Source of the DNA: Bacteroidota bacterium
Lineage (GTDB): Bacteria > Bacteroidota > Bacteroidia > Palsa-965
Reading direction: 5' to 3'
NCBI GenBank assembly: GCA_021299855.1
Contig: JAJTEY010000031.1
Coordinates: 272-64,271, forward strand
Length of the DNA: 64,000 nucleotides
Shown here: positions 18,471 to 28,374 of the stretch, piece after piece
How the letters are laid out: the number at the start of each line of letters is the position of its first letter
Position numbering within the stretch: the stretch's first letter is position 1
Translations under genes and position numbers: made by a program
Notes under the pieces: model-generated
Seen by the model: the letters and a program-made list of their open reading frames with translations, nothing else
Told to the model about the DNA's origin: nothing
Databases searched by the model: none

Positions 18471-18588
18471 AGTATGTTTAACGCAAGGAAAATGTCTCCT
18501 GTCTGTTTAAAAAATAATAATGTACGAAGGTACGGAAATTAAGGCTAAGTCAGGTATTCCGGAGCGAACGCAACAAACTGAAAACCTA

Positions 18589-19470
18589 TTAATTACGCTT
18601 GTCGTGACCCCACAATAACTTTTCGCGGATGATTTGGAAGAAATGCTTGTCGTTAAAGCGAATTAAACTGATTTTGAAATCTTCCTTACGGATGGTCAGT
18701 TTTGTGTCACAAGGCACTGTTTCCATGCGCGCATCAAGTGTTGTCAAATAATGACTAATTCTTCCTTCCACCTGAAGTTCAATCACTGAATCATCGGGTA
18801 TAATTAATGGACGAACATTCAGGTTGTGAGGAGACAACGGGGTGATGATAAAACTCTTTGCATCCGGCACCACCAAAGGACCGCCACAACTTAAAGAATA
18901 CGCTGTTGAACCCGTTGGTGTTGCAATAATTAATCCATCAGCCCAATACGAATTTAGAAATTGTCCGTTAACTGTCGCATGGATTGTCATCATCGCGGAA
19001 GAATCCTTACGTTGCAGCGTAAATTCATTAAGAGCGTAATTCACTTCGCCGAATAAATTTTCTTGCGTTTCCAGCTTCACGAGACTCCGTTTGTCGATCG
19101 TATAATCCCGTTTCACCAAACGTTCTACCAGTTCACGACCCGCTTCTTCTACAGAAACTGCCGCCAAAAATCCCAGTCGTCCTGTATTTATTCCTAACAC
19201 CGGAATACCGCTATTGCGAACAAAGGCAATGGTTTCCAGAAGCGTCCCATCGCCTCCAAGCGTTAGCAAATAATCGGCCTGACCACGCATTTCGTTGTAA
19301 TCGCGCAATGCTTTTACGCGTGAACGAATAGTCACGCCTTGTTCCAGATACGCCTGAAAATCTTCGGTAAGCAGTAGTTCAATTTCATGCTGACCTAGCT
19401 TGTCAAAGAGCGGTTGTAATCCTTCGGGGAGTTTTTTTTCGGTGATTCGACCGTAAATGGCAACTTTCAT
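18589..19470 (-). CDS. nadK: NAD kinase
   Basis: LGGDGTLL and TPTGSTAYSLSCGGP motifs. 293 aa. Confidence 0.9.
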   Translation of the reverse strand: MKVAIYGRITEKKLPEGLQPLFDKLGQHEIELLLTEDFQAYLEQGVTIRSRVKALRDYNEMRGQADYLLTLGGDGTLLETIAFVRNSGIPVLGINTGRLGFLAAVSVEEAGRELVERLVKRDYTIDKRSLVKLETQENLFGEVNYALNEFTLQRKDSSAMMTIHATVNGQFLNSYWADGLIIATPTGSTAYSLSCGGPLVVPDAKSFIITPLSPHNLNVRPLIIPDDSVIELQVEGRISHYLTTLDARMETVPCDTKLTIRKEDFKISLIRFNDKHFFQIIREKLLWGHDKRN

Positions 19471-19484
19471 TCGAAAAGAATTGG

Positions 19485-19507
19485 CTTCCCGAAAAAGAGA
19501 CGGGAAG
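19485..19507 (-). terminator. Possible terminator hairpin after the BamA-like gene
   Basis: cttcccg / cgggaag 7-bp stem with a T-rich loop on the minus strand. The trailing T-run is weak. Confidence 0.35.
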
Positions 19508-19558
19508 ACGGTTGATTGGTTGCCCGAAGGTACGTCAATTCAACGAATTGAGGATTGC

Positions 19559-20907
19559 TTAAAATGGGGCGCCGAAATGAATAAACAATCCGTGTTCCAT
19601 CATTCGGTTAACACTGTACTCGATACGTCCTACCATATCGTAATACGTAACTACATCGAAGCCGATTCCGGCACCACCTAGCCATGCATCACCGAGTTTA
19701 TTGTAATCTGTAAATGCCGAAGTGCGATCCTCGACATAACCAACATCAACAAAGGTTCCCACGTAAAGCGCGAGATGCAGTGTATTAAACTTTTCCAGGG
19801 GAATGAACTTAAATTTGATGGTGGTAGGTTTCAGCAGCTGGTACTTGAAATTTACTTTTCCCAATACAAAATTCTGCCCGTCGATTACGTAGTATTCATA
19901 TCCGCGAACGTAAGGACCGAAACCGAATGCCCGCTGGTGAAAATAAGGCGGCGTTCCATAAGGTAAAACACGCAAACGAATCATACCTGCCGTGAAAAAA
20001 CGACCCACCACATTTCGATAACAGCGCGCACCCAGTGTTATGAAAAACACATCCAGCTTTTCTTCAGACAGTACACCAAGACCGTGTTTCGTCACTTCTG
20101 CTTCCAGAAAATAGCCTTTCAACGGATATGGTTTTAAGTCGCGCAGATCGCGCAAAAACCGATACGATAAAGTGAAATACGCCGCGCGAGTTCCTGCATC
20201 CGGAAGATATTCTGAGGTATACGATGCCACTGTATCATGCAATCTGAAATCTGCAAAACGCACATCCAATTGATGCTTGTTATACAATCCTTTGCGGTAC
20301 GTAAATGCAACAGAACTTTGCCACTCTTCGCGCACAAAATCATCTTCCAGTCGAAAAAAACGGAGCTTGTTATTTTCTGTATTGTAAGCTACCTCATGAT
20401 TCTGCGTATACGTAGTAGTAACCGTATTGCAGCAATTACTTCTTTTCGTCCACGAAAATTGTAACGCGTCAAAAACATGCCGTAGTTTGCACGACGCAAA
20501 TTTCGTCCGTTGCGCCACCACGTATTGAAGTTAGGCTCTACAACTTCAAAAACCGGTACCGGCCAGGTGTACCAACGTTCTTTGACTACAATTTCTATAT
20601 CAACCGTAACACAACCCGTTCCACTGCTGTCGAGTACGCACAAGGGTGTCATCGTGACAAAATTGAACAAGGAAGTATTGAGCAGATTTTGACGGGATCG
20701 TTCAATTACTTCGTTAAACTTTCCCGCATCAATCGTATCTCCCGATTTAAAAGCCAGTTCACGATCAATAATAAACGGCTTAGTGGTTTTATTCCCGGTA
20801 ATAGAAATATTCCGGACAACGAAAAAGGCTGTATCCTGCCCGGCCGCAAGGAATTTTGCATGAAACAGTAATACGATGATCGGTAATAAACGGAATGATG
20901 AACTCAT
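19559..20907 (-). pseudogene. BamA/surface-antigen (D15)-like POTRA plus beta-barrel gene split over two frames
   Basis: ORF 20389..20907 carries a signal peptide, a POTRA segment (VVRNISITGNKTTKPFIIDRELAFKSGD) and ...WWRNGRNLRRANYGMFLTRYNFRGRKE. ORF 19559..20521 carries the barrel (…NHEVAYNTENNKLRFF…GRIEYSVNRMMEHGLFIHFGAPF). The frames overlap at 20389-20521, and the second ORF has no credible start of its own. Confidence 0.7.
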
Positions 20908-20938
20908 GTATGCGTTATGTGAAGATAACGCAATGCTC

Positions 20939-21601
20939 TTAGATGCTGATGTAATTCATGAATTCATCGAAGCGGCGCTTAACGTCTTCTTCGAATTTGC
21001 TTTCATGAAACGTAGCAATGACGGTATAATTATAACGTGTAAACGTTTGCAAAATGCGGGAAAGGTCCTGACGATTGGTTTTAATAGTCACTTCAATCCT
21101 ACGCGGATCAGCGGTAGCGGCAACATATACGCTCAATACTTTGGCATCGTTACCTTCAACTATTTGCGCAATTTGTGATAACGAATAATCAACCGTATTT
21201 ACTTCAACGACAATGATGCCACCCGGTTCGCGAACAGCGGCCATTTTCGCCATCTTTTCCATCAGGTTGCGTATCGTAATAGCCCCCTGATAATTCAGTT
21301 GTTCATCCACGACCGCAATGACATCCAAACCTAATTCCGACATCACTTTAAGCACATCCCATGCGTGCATATTTTCAACCAGCATGGGCTTCATCAATGC
21401 TAACGGTTGTTCTGAAAGTGGCAACGATGCGTCTTCCAGATCATACAAATCGCTATCGCCAATCATGCCGATAAACTTTTTGCCCTGAATAACCGGCAGA
21501 TGCGATACGCGGAACTCATCCATCCAGCCCAGCGCTTTATCAGCCGATTCAGAAAGTTTAATCGGGGGAATGTCGTCGTTAATGAGATCCTTTGCAGTCA
21601 T
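20939..21601 (-). CDS. CBS domain-pair protein
   Basis: An internal ATG gives MTAKDLINDDIPPIKLSESADKALGWMDEFRVSHLPV (CBS). The second CBS is DVIAVVDEQLNYQGAITIRNLM. The longer ORF extension overlaps the pdxJ promoter region. Confidence 0.8.
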   Translation of the reverse strand: MTAKDLINDDIPPIKLSESADKALGWMDEFRVSHLPVIQGKKFIGMIGDSDLYDLEDASLPLSEQPLALMKPMLVENMHAWDVLKVMSELGLDVIAVVDEQLNYQGAITIRNLMEKMAKMAAVREPGGIIVVEVNTVDYSLSQIAQIVEGNDAKVLSVYVAATADPRRIEVTIKTNRQDLSRILQTFTRYNYTVIATFHESKFEEDVKRRFDEFMNYISI

Positions 21602-21776
21602 AATGATTGGCGGTAAAGTTATGCTTTTCAAAATTGTACTGCACAAATAACGTTCCGAGAAGTAAAAAGTTGTCACCAATTCGTCGGTGGTTGTACTAAC
21701 ACCGTAAGTGGCCATTCGAACTCTTTCAGCGAGCAGCCGTGCATTGGATTGTCTTGTGTACTTTCGTAAACTGAAA

Positions 21777-22496
21777 ATGATTAATCTAAGCATAAATATT
21801 AACAAGATTGCCACCTTACGTAACAGCCGAGGACATAACGTTCCGGACGTCGTAAAAATGGCTCTAGACTGCGAGCGTTTTGGCGCTGATGGAATTACTG
21901 TTCATCCCCGTCCTGACGAACGCCATATTCGTTACAGCGATGTGCACGATTTGAAACCGGTATTGACAACCGAATTCAACATTGAAGGAAATCCTCGAGA
22001 GCAACGATTTGTGGAATTGGTGCTCAGCGTTCGCCCGCACCAGGTGACTTTAGTTCCTGATGCCACGAATCAGTTGACTTCCGACCATGGTTGGGACACC
22101 ATTGCTAACCGCGATTATCTTATCGAAACGATTACGCTTTTTAAAGATCACGGTATACGTACTTCCATCTTCGTTGATCCCGACGAAAAGATGGTAAAAG
22201 GTGCAAAAGCTACGGGAACCGATCGGATAGAATTATACACGGAAAGCTACGCACGTAACTTCACGGTTAACGCAGAAAGTGCGGTAGCACCTTTTACACA
22301 AGCAGCTAAAGTGGCTGCGGAATGCGGATTGGGAATCAATGCCGGTCATGATTTAAGTCGCGACAACCTTGCCTTTTTTGCCGCTCACGTGCCCGGCCTT
22401 GCAGAAGTTTCCATCGGTCATGCGCTCGTGTGTGATGCCTTGTATTTCGGCATGGAGAATACCATCATGATGTATAAACGAGCCTTACAAATTTGA
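21777..22496 (+). CDS. pdxJ: Pyridoxine 5'-phosphate synthase
   Basis: [32 protein letters not shown] and NAGHDL motifs. Confidence 0.9.
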   Translation: MINLSININKIATLRNSRGHNVPDVVKMALDCERFGADGITVHPRPDERHIRYSDVHDLKPVLTTEFNIEGNPREQRFVELVLSVRPHQVTLVPDATNQLTSDHGWDTIANRDYLIETITLFKDHGIRTSIFVDPDEKMVKGAKATGTDRIELYTESYARNFTVNAESAVAPFTQAAKVAAECGLGINAGHDLSRDNLAFFAAHVPGLAEVSIGHALVCDALYFGMENTIMMYKRALQI

Positions 22497-22502
22497 TCCA
22501 AC

Positions 22503-23279
22503 GTGGAATTATTTTTCAGAAAATCGGGAGAAGGACGACCGTTGGTCATATTGCACGGATTATTCGGTATTTCGGATAATTGGGCGGCTTTAGCAAAATT
22601 ATGGTCTACACATTTCACCGTGTACACACTTGACTTGAGAAATCACGGACAGTCGCCGCATTCGGACGAATGGAATTACCGCGTGATGGCCGATGATGTG
22701 GTTGAGTTTCTCGGGACAGAGCGGTTGAATGATGTCATCTTGCTGGGACATTCCATGGGTGGAAAAACAGCGATGCGTCTGGCACTTGACTATCCGATGG
22801 CCTTATCAAAACTTATTGTTTCCGATATAGCACCCAAACGTTACGATTTGCAGCAACATCAAGTAATTGAAGCAATCAAAGCGGTGGACGTGCACCAATT
22901 GGAATCGCGTAAAGATGCTGAAGCTATTTTGCAACAGCATTTGCACGATAACGGAACAATACAATTTTTATTGAAGAATTTATTTTGGCGCGATCACCGC
23001 GATGGTAGTAAAATTCTAGACTGGAGATTTAATGCCCGTGTAATTGCAGAACAGATCGAAAACATCTCCGAGGCAACTGTTTCCGATGATCCCTGCGAAG
23101 TAGATACGCTTTTTATTCGCGGCGGCAAATCACATTACATTACCGCTGAAGATGAACCGTTGATTCAACAACAATTTCCGAATTCCTCAATTATTACGAT
23201 TCCCGACGCAGGACATTGGGTACATGCCGATCAACCACAACTCATGTTTAATTCCGTATTAGAATTTTCACAACGTTAA
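22503..23279 (+). CDS. Alpha/beta-fold hydrolase (esterase YbfF-like)
   Basis: ILHGLFG, nucleophile elbow GHSMGG, and C-terminal DAGHWVHAD. Confidence 0.8.
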   Translation: MELFFRKSGEGRPLVILHGLFGISDNWAALAKLWSTHFTVYTLDLRNHGQSPHSDEWNYRVMADDVVEFLGTERLNDVILLGHSMGGKTAMRLALDYPMALSKLIVSDIAPKRYDLQQHQVIEAIKAVDVHQLESRKDAEAILQQHLHDNGTIQFLLKNLFWRDHRDGSKILDWRFNARVIAEQIENISEATVSDDPCEVDTLFIRGGKSHYITAEDEPLIQQQFPNSSIITIPDAGHWVHADQPQLMFNSVLEFSQR

Positions 23280-23296
23280 ATATCTATATCACACTT

Positions 23297-23737
23297 ATGA
23301 CAACAGCAGAAATTATTACCAACAAAGGCACCATGAAGGTGGAACTTTTTGATCAGGACGCGCCGAAGACGGTAGCCAACTTCGTAAAACTTGCGAATGA
23401 AGGTTTTTATAAAGGACTGAAGTGGCATCGTGTTCTTCCCGGATTTGTAATTCAGGGCGGCTGTCCTAACACGCGCGAAGGTGCTTCAGGAATTCCGGGT
23501 ACCGGTGGACCCGGATACGCCATTGAATGCGAACTCACCGGAAACAATCAGTTTCACGATAAAGGCGTTTTATCCATGGCGCATCGCGGACTCAATACAG
23601 GAGGTTCTCAGTTCTTCGTTTGCCTCAGTCGCATACCATACATCCTTATAGCAAACGGGCTGGTCATAAAAATCCGGCCCGTTTATTTTTTTCGCGTTAA
23701 ACTTGTATATGGACATTCAGCCCACAGAACGGAATAA
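23297..23737 (+). pseudogene. Cyclophilin-type peptidyl-prolyl isomerase, 3'-truncated
   Basis: Residues 1-112 are cyclophilin-like (FHRV-type WHRVLPGFVIQGGCP, GGPGY, VLSMAHRGLNTGGSQFFVC). After about nt 23633 the reading frame (IPYILIANGLVIKIRPVYFF...) loses similarity and runs through a terminator hairpin. Confidence 0.6.
23653..23692 (+). terminator. Rho-independent terminator lying inside the cyclophilin ORF tail
   Basis: aaacgggc (23653-23660) pairs with gcccgttt (23677-23684), followed by attttttt. Confidence 0.75.
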
Positions 23738-24650
23738 GTTTATTCTAAGCGGCACAACCGGCAGAAACGATTGGTGGCGCTATGTGCTGATTGTGCTGAT
23801 GTCCTTGGTCGGTTATGTCATCGGTTCCATTCCACTTCTGATTTTTCAGATGCGCGCCATAACATCGGGACAAGTTGCCATCAACGATCCGGAACTAACA
23901 GCTAAGCTGCTTAATCCTGAAATTATGGGATTGTCGCCACACGCCATGCTGGCGTTGACACTGTTCATCTTTGTAGTGGCTATGATCGGCTTGTTGGTTG
24001 GAGTAAAATTTATTGCGGGCAAAACAATCTCATCTATTATTACCGGCTACGGCAAAGTAAGATGGAAGCGTGTCGCAGCAGGTGCAGGCTGGTGGGCGCT
24101 TTTGTCGGCCATTTCAACCGCGATAGTAATTGGCGCAGATCCTCAGAACTACGAATGGACGTTTAATGCAGCGCCATTTTTCGCGACGCTGGCTATCGGG
24201 ATTTTATTACTGCCAATACAAACGTGGTGGGAAGAATTTTTATTTCGTGGCTATCTCCTGCAGGGAATAGCGAATAGTTTTCAAAAACCGTGGGCAGGAT
24301 TACTAGGCACCAGTTTGTTGTTTGCCGCCATGCACATGATGAATCCTGAAGTTGAGAAATACGGTATTCTTGCCACATTTCCACAGTACTTAATTCCGGC
24401 TTTAATGCTTGGATTTATAACGCTGATGGATGAAGGACTTGAGTTAGCCATGGGCATGCATTTCGCCAATAATCTTTTTGGCACTATTGTCGTAACCAGC
24501 AGCAACAGTGCAATACAGGCCAGCACCTTGTGGCGAGCCCACCAAACCGACTCCGGAATTGACTCCATTATTTTAATTAGTCAAAGTATATTATTTATAA
24601 TAATTCTTTGGTGGAAATTCAAATGGCAAATTCAAAAACTCAACTATTAA
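23709..24650 (+). CDS. CPBP-family intramembrane glutamic endopeptidase (CAAX protease / Abi-like)
   Basis: Multi-TM protein with WWEEFLFRGYL, FAAMHM and HFANN motifs. Confidence 0.85.
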   Translation: MDIQPTERNKFILSGTTGRNDWWRYVLIVLMSLVGYVIGSIPLLIFQMRAITSGQVAINDPELTAKLLNPEIMGLSPHAMLALTLFIFVVAMIGLLVGVKFIAGKTISSIITGYGKVRWKRVAAGAGWWALLSAISTAIVIGADPQNYEWTFNAAPFFATLAIGILLLPIQTWWEEFLFRGYLLQGIANSFQKPWAGLLGTSLLFAAMHMMNPEVEKYGILATFPQYLIPALMLGFITLMDEGLELAMGMHFANNLFGTIVVTSSNSAIQASTLWRAHQTDSGIDSIILISQSILFIIILWWKFKWQIQKLNY

Positions 24651-24652
24651 GC

Positions 24653-26503
24653 ATGTATAAATTCGTCCTTTCTATTTCGTTGATTTGTTCATCCCTGTTT
24701 GTTCAGGCTCAACAATCCGAAAACGCTTATAAATTTTCGGTGGATCTGACCAAAGTTTTTAAAGATCAACTTACCGTAGAATTAACACCGCCACAAATCA
24801 ACACCGATACCGTACTGTATCGGTTCCCGGCTATGGTTCCGGGCACGTATAAGGTTTATAATTTCGGACGATTCATCACCGACTTCGTAGCGCTGGATGC
24901 TGCGGGCAATGAATTAAGTTACGTTAAGCCCGATCGCAACTCCTTCCAAATTGCGGATGCAAAAAAGATCAAGAAGATTCGCTATAAAGTAGAAGACACC
25001 TGGGATACTGATAAGCGCGCTGATTTTGTATTTGAGCCTGCAGGAACAAATATTCAGAAAGACACCAACTATGTATTAAACAATCATGGTTTCTTCGGAT
25101 ACTTCGAAGGAATGACCAAAGTACAATACGAGGTGATGGTCAAACATCCTGAAGGTATGTACGGTTCAACCGGCTTAAATAATGTAAAGCGAGAAGGAAA
25201 CGAAGACACCTATTATGTCAATAACTATCATGATTTGGTGGACGGCCCGATAATGTACTGTAAGCCCGACACTACGTGGTTAAACGTCGGCGGAACGAAA
25301 GTTCTTATTTCTGTGTATTCGCCGAAAAAGCTGGTGAGTTCAAAATTCGTAGCGGACAGTTTACACGACATTCTTGAATATCAACGTTTGTACTTAGGCG
25401 GAACACTACCCGTAAACAATTATGCTTTTATTATCTACCTCACCGGAAACGAAGACGGATTTAAGTCAGGTTCTTATGGCGCGTTGGAACATTCCTATTC
25501 ATCTATGTACACCTTGCTGGAAATGGAACCCGCCGAAATTGCTCAAACCGTGAAGGATGTTGCTGCCCATGAGTTTTTTCACATTGTAACACCATTAAAT
25601 ATTCACTCGTATGAAATTGGCGACTTCGATTTTAATAAACCCAAAATGTCCATGCACCTATGGATGTATGAAGGATTAACCGAATATGCCGCGCATCATG
25701 TCCAGGTGAAGTATGGTAAAATGTCCTTGAATGCGTTCATCGATGTATTGAGTGAAAAAATGAACATCGCAGATCGCTACAATGATACATTGCCATTTAC
25801 ACGCATGAGTTTATTGTGTTTGGATGAACATGAGAAAGAATACGGCAATGTTTATCAGAAAGGTGCATTGATCGGAATGTGTCTGGATATTCAATTGCGC
25901 CACTTGTCGAAAGGTCAGTACGGCACACAAGAACTTATGGCTGATCTATCCAAGAAATACGGAAAGGACCGCAGCTTTAATGATGACTCGTTGATTACAG
26001 AAATTGTGCGATTAACGTATCCCGAGATTGGTGAATTTTTCAAAAAATATGTGATGGGCAATGAGCCTATTCCGTATGGAAAATATTTGGAAATGGTAGG
26101 ATTGAATTATGAAGCTTCGCGTACAGAAATGGTTTTAGATCCACTCGGCGGATACTTCTTTATTCAGGATAATCAGGGGAACGTGCGAATTTATGGCCCT
26201 GAACCGAACAGCTTCGGTAACGATATCGGATACAAGAATTTTGATGTGATCAAATCCATCAACGGGAAAAAGGTAACGCCTCAAAATATGGAACAAGTGC
26301 TTGGAGAATTAAAACAAATGAAAGAAGGCACAAAACTGAAAATTAAAATTATTCGGGGCGGAATCTTTGGAATACCGAAACAAAAAATGACGTTAAAAGG
26401 CACCTTGCGTAAATCAGAAAAGGTAACACGACACATTATCACCATTGACAAAGGAGCAAGCGAGACACAGCTATTGTTACGTAAGTTCTGGATTAACAAA
26501 TAA
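24653..26503 (+). CDS. M61-family (glycyl aminopeptidase-like) zinc metallopeptidase with a C-terminal PDZ domain
   Basis: Signal peptide MYKFVLSISLICSSLFVQAQ. HExxH as AAHEFFH with downstream YEGLTEY. C-terminal PDZ-like DVIKSINGKKV. Confidence 0.8.
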   Translation: MYKFVLSISLICSSLFVQAQQSENAYKFSVDLTKVFKDQLTVELTPPQINTDTVLYRFPAMVPGTYKVYNFGRFITDFVALDAAGNELSYVKPDRNSFQIADAKKIKKIRYKVEDTWDTDKRADFVFEPAGTNIQKDTNYVLNNHGFFGYFEGMTKVQYEVMVKHPEGMYGSTGLNNVKREGNEDTYYVNNYHDLVDGPIMYCKPDTTWLNVGGTKVLISVYSPKKLVSSKFVADSLHDILEYQRLYLGGTLPVNNYAFIIYLTGNEDGFKSGSYGALEHSYSSMYTLLEMEPAEIAQTVKDVAAHEFFHIVTPLNIHSYEIGDFDFNKPKMSMHLWMYEGLTEYAAHHVQVKYGKMSLNAFIDVLSEKMNIADRYNDTLPFTRMSLLCLDEHEKEYGNVYQKGALIGMCLDIQLRHLSKGQYGTQELMADLSKKYGKDRSFNDDSLITEIVRLTYPEIGEFFKKYVMGNEPIPYGKYLEMVGLNYEASRTEMVLDPLGGYFFIQDNQGNVRIYGPEPNSFGNDIGYKNFDVIKSINGKKVTPQNMEQVLGELKQMKEGTKLKIKIIRGGIFGIPKQKMTLKGTLRKSEKVTRHIITIDKGASETQLLLRKFWINK

Positions 26504-26504
26504 G

Positions 26505-27560
26505 ATGAACCGAGCACCACTGCAACGATCTCAGATTTATTGGCTGCTTCAAATTGCAGGGTGGTTATCGTTTACCCTTTTAAATCTGGCATTTGTTTAC
26601 TTGAATAATCAGGTAACACCGGAGTTACTGTTCGGATTGTTGATGGTATTTGTTGTCGGAATTGGTTTAACTCAGATCATTCGGGGAATCATCATTCGAT
26701 TTCATTGGGTGAAACTTGGTGTTGCGGCAATGTTACCGCGCATTATGTTGTTGTGCATTTTGTGTGGTGTCGGAATGGCAAGCATAGACAGAATTGTAGA
26801 TTATCTTTTATCGCCTGATGTATCGCTGGTTGAACAGCCGATTCGATTTGCGCTGAACGTGCTCAATTTCTCCTTTGTCTTTTTATTTTGGTCTGCGATA
26901 TATTATTTGTTTCATTTTATCGTCAATTTCAGAAAAGCTGAAATAGAAAATTTAAAATGGGAAGCTGCAATTTCAGAAGCGGAATTGAATAGGCTAAAAT
27001 CGCAGCTAAATCCGCATTTCCTTTTTAATGCAATGAATGCGATACGCGCATTGGTAGATGAGAACCCGGTAAAAGCGAAAGAAGCGATTACCCAGTACTC
27101 CAATATTCTACGCAGCACCTTGCAGATGGGAAAAAGTAAATTAATACCGTTGCATCAGGAAATGGCGTTGGTGAAGGATTATTTGGCGTTGGAGGGAATT
27201 CGTCTGGAAGAGCGATTACGCTTGAACATACAAGTTGACGATAACGCAACCAATGCGCAGCTTCCTCCTATGATGTTGCAAACATTGGTAGAAAACGGCA
27301 TTAAGCATGGTATTTCAAAACTTCCGAAAGGAGGCGAGCTGTCCATTCACGCTACATTGAACAATCACATTTTACAAATCAAGATTGCCAATAGCGGTCA
27401 TTACGACGAAACAGCAATTTCGGAAAGCGGATTCGGAATTGCGAATACTCTGGAGCGGCTGAAATTACTGTACGGAAATCAAGCTAGCTTCAGGATAGAA
27501 AACTCCGAACCGAATTTGGTAATTAGTCAACTTTTCATTCCCCAAAATACCGGCTTATGA
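26505..27560 (+). CDS. LytS/YehU-type sensor histidine kinase with a membrane-embedded input
   Basis: About four TM helices with negligible loops, then LKSQLNPHFLFNAMNAI (His_kinase PF06580-type H-box) and an HATPase region LVENGIKHG...GFGIAN. Confidence 0.85.
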   Translation: MNRAPLQRSQIYWLLQIAGWLSFTLLNLAFVYLNNQVTPELLFGLLMVFVVGIGLTQIIRGIIIRFHWVKLGVAAMLPRIMLLCILCGVGMASIDRIVDYLLSPDVSLVEQPIRFALNVLNFSFVFLFWSAIYYLFHFIVNFRKAEIENLKWEAAISEAELNRLKSQLNPHFLFNAMNAIRALVDENPVKAKEAITQYSNILRSTLQMGKSKLIPLHQEMALVKDYLALEGIRLEERLRLNIQVDDNATNAQLPPMMLQTLVENGIKHGISKLPKGGELSIHATLNNHILQIKIANSGHYDETAISESGFGIANTLERLKLLYGNQASFRIENSEPNLVISQLFIPQNTGL

Positions 27561-28279
27561 AAGTAATTATTGTTGATGATGAACGTCTGGCACGACAGGA
27601 GCTGAAATCTATGCTCAGCACATTTCCGAATATGGAAATTATCAGCGAATGCAGCGATGCGGAAAGCGCAATAGAAGTTATTGATCAGTTGAAACCGGAT
27701 GTGGTGTTTCTCGACATTCAGATGCCGGGAAAAACAGGATTTGATGTATTAGAAGAACTCACTGCTGTTCCGCATGTGGTATTTGTAACTGCACACGACG
27801 AATTTGCAATAAAAGCATTTGAAGTAAATGCACTGGACTATTTACTAAAACCTGTGCAACCCGCGCGATTAGCGAACGCCATTAAAAAGCTTAACGAGAA
27901 TATTCAGCAAGACAATGGAACCCGCACGCAAGGCGAACATGTATTGAGTGAAAACGATCAGGTTTTCGTGAAAGACGGAGAGAAATGTTGGTTTGTGAAA
28001 CTGTCGGATGTGCGATTATTTGAATCAGAAGGAAATTACGTGCGGATTTATTTTAATCAAAACAAACCGCTCATACTTCGTTCACTGAATTATTTGGATG
28101 AACGTTTGGATCAAAAGATTTTCTTTCGTGCCAGCAGGAAACATTTGATCAATTTAAGTTGGGTTGATTCCATTGAACTATGGTTTAACGGAGGACTCAT
28201 GGTGAAGTTGAAAGGTGGTGAACAAGTGGAGATTTCCAGAAGACAAGCCGTTAAACTTAAGGAGATGATGAGTTTGTAG
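27557..28279 (+). CDS. LytTR-family response regulator
   Basis: Receiver domain (IIVDDE...VFLDIQMPG...LDYLLKP) plus a C-terminal LytTR domain (RLFESEGNYVRIYF...FFRASRKHLINL). The ATGA overlaps the kinase stop. Confidence 0.9.
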   Translation: MKVIIVDDERLARQELKSMLSTFPNMEIISECSDAESAIEVIDQLKPDVVFLDIQMPGKTGFDVLEELTAVPHVVFVTAHDEFAIKAFEVNALDYLLKPVQPARLANAIKKLNENIQQDNGTRTQGEHVLSENDQVFVKDGEKCWFVKLSDVRLFESEGNYVRIYFNQNKPLILRSLNYLDERLDQKIFFRASRKHLINLSWVDSIELWFNGGLMVKLKGGEQVEISRRQAVKLKEMMSL

Positions 28280-28374
28280 ACTGAGATAGGTCTACACGCG
28301 AATTCATTATTGAGTCGCAATGTATGATTAGGCACAATTTTTGGTTTCTTTAGGTGTAATAATAATACCTCCCA

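Noticed and set aside
21602-21814. N-terminal extensions of ORF-track models: CBS 21814, pdxJ 21708, murI 13185, rbfA 57619, the M61 peptidase 24608, the kinase 26445, the TonB-receptor-like gene 33631 and GT9 63048
   Set aside because: The extensions overlap neighbouring genes, promoters or terminator hairpins and lack homology-like sequence. Internal starts give canonical N-termini (for example [40 protein letters not shown]).
28307-28333. Imperfect direct repeat ATTATTGAG / ATGATTAGG (18-nt spacing) downstream of the LytTR regulator, considered as a LytTR binding site
   Set aside because: Only 6 of 9 positions match, and the spacing differs from the roughly 21-nt periodicity recalled for LytTR sites. 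The evidence is not strong enough to report.
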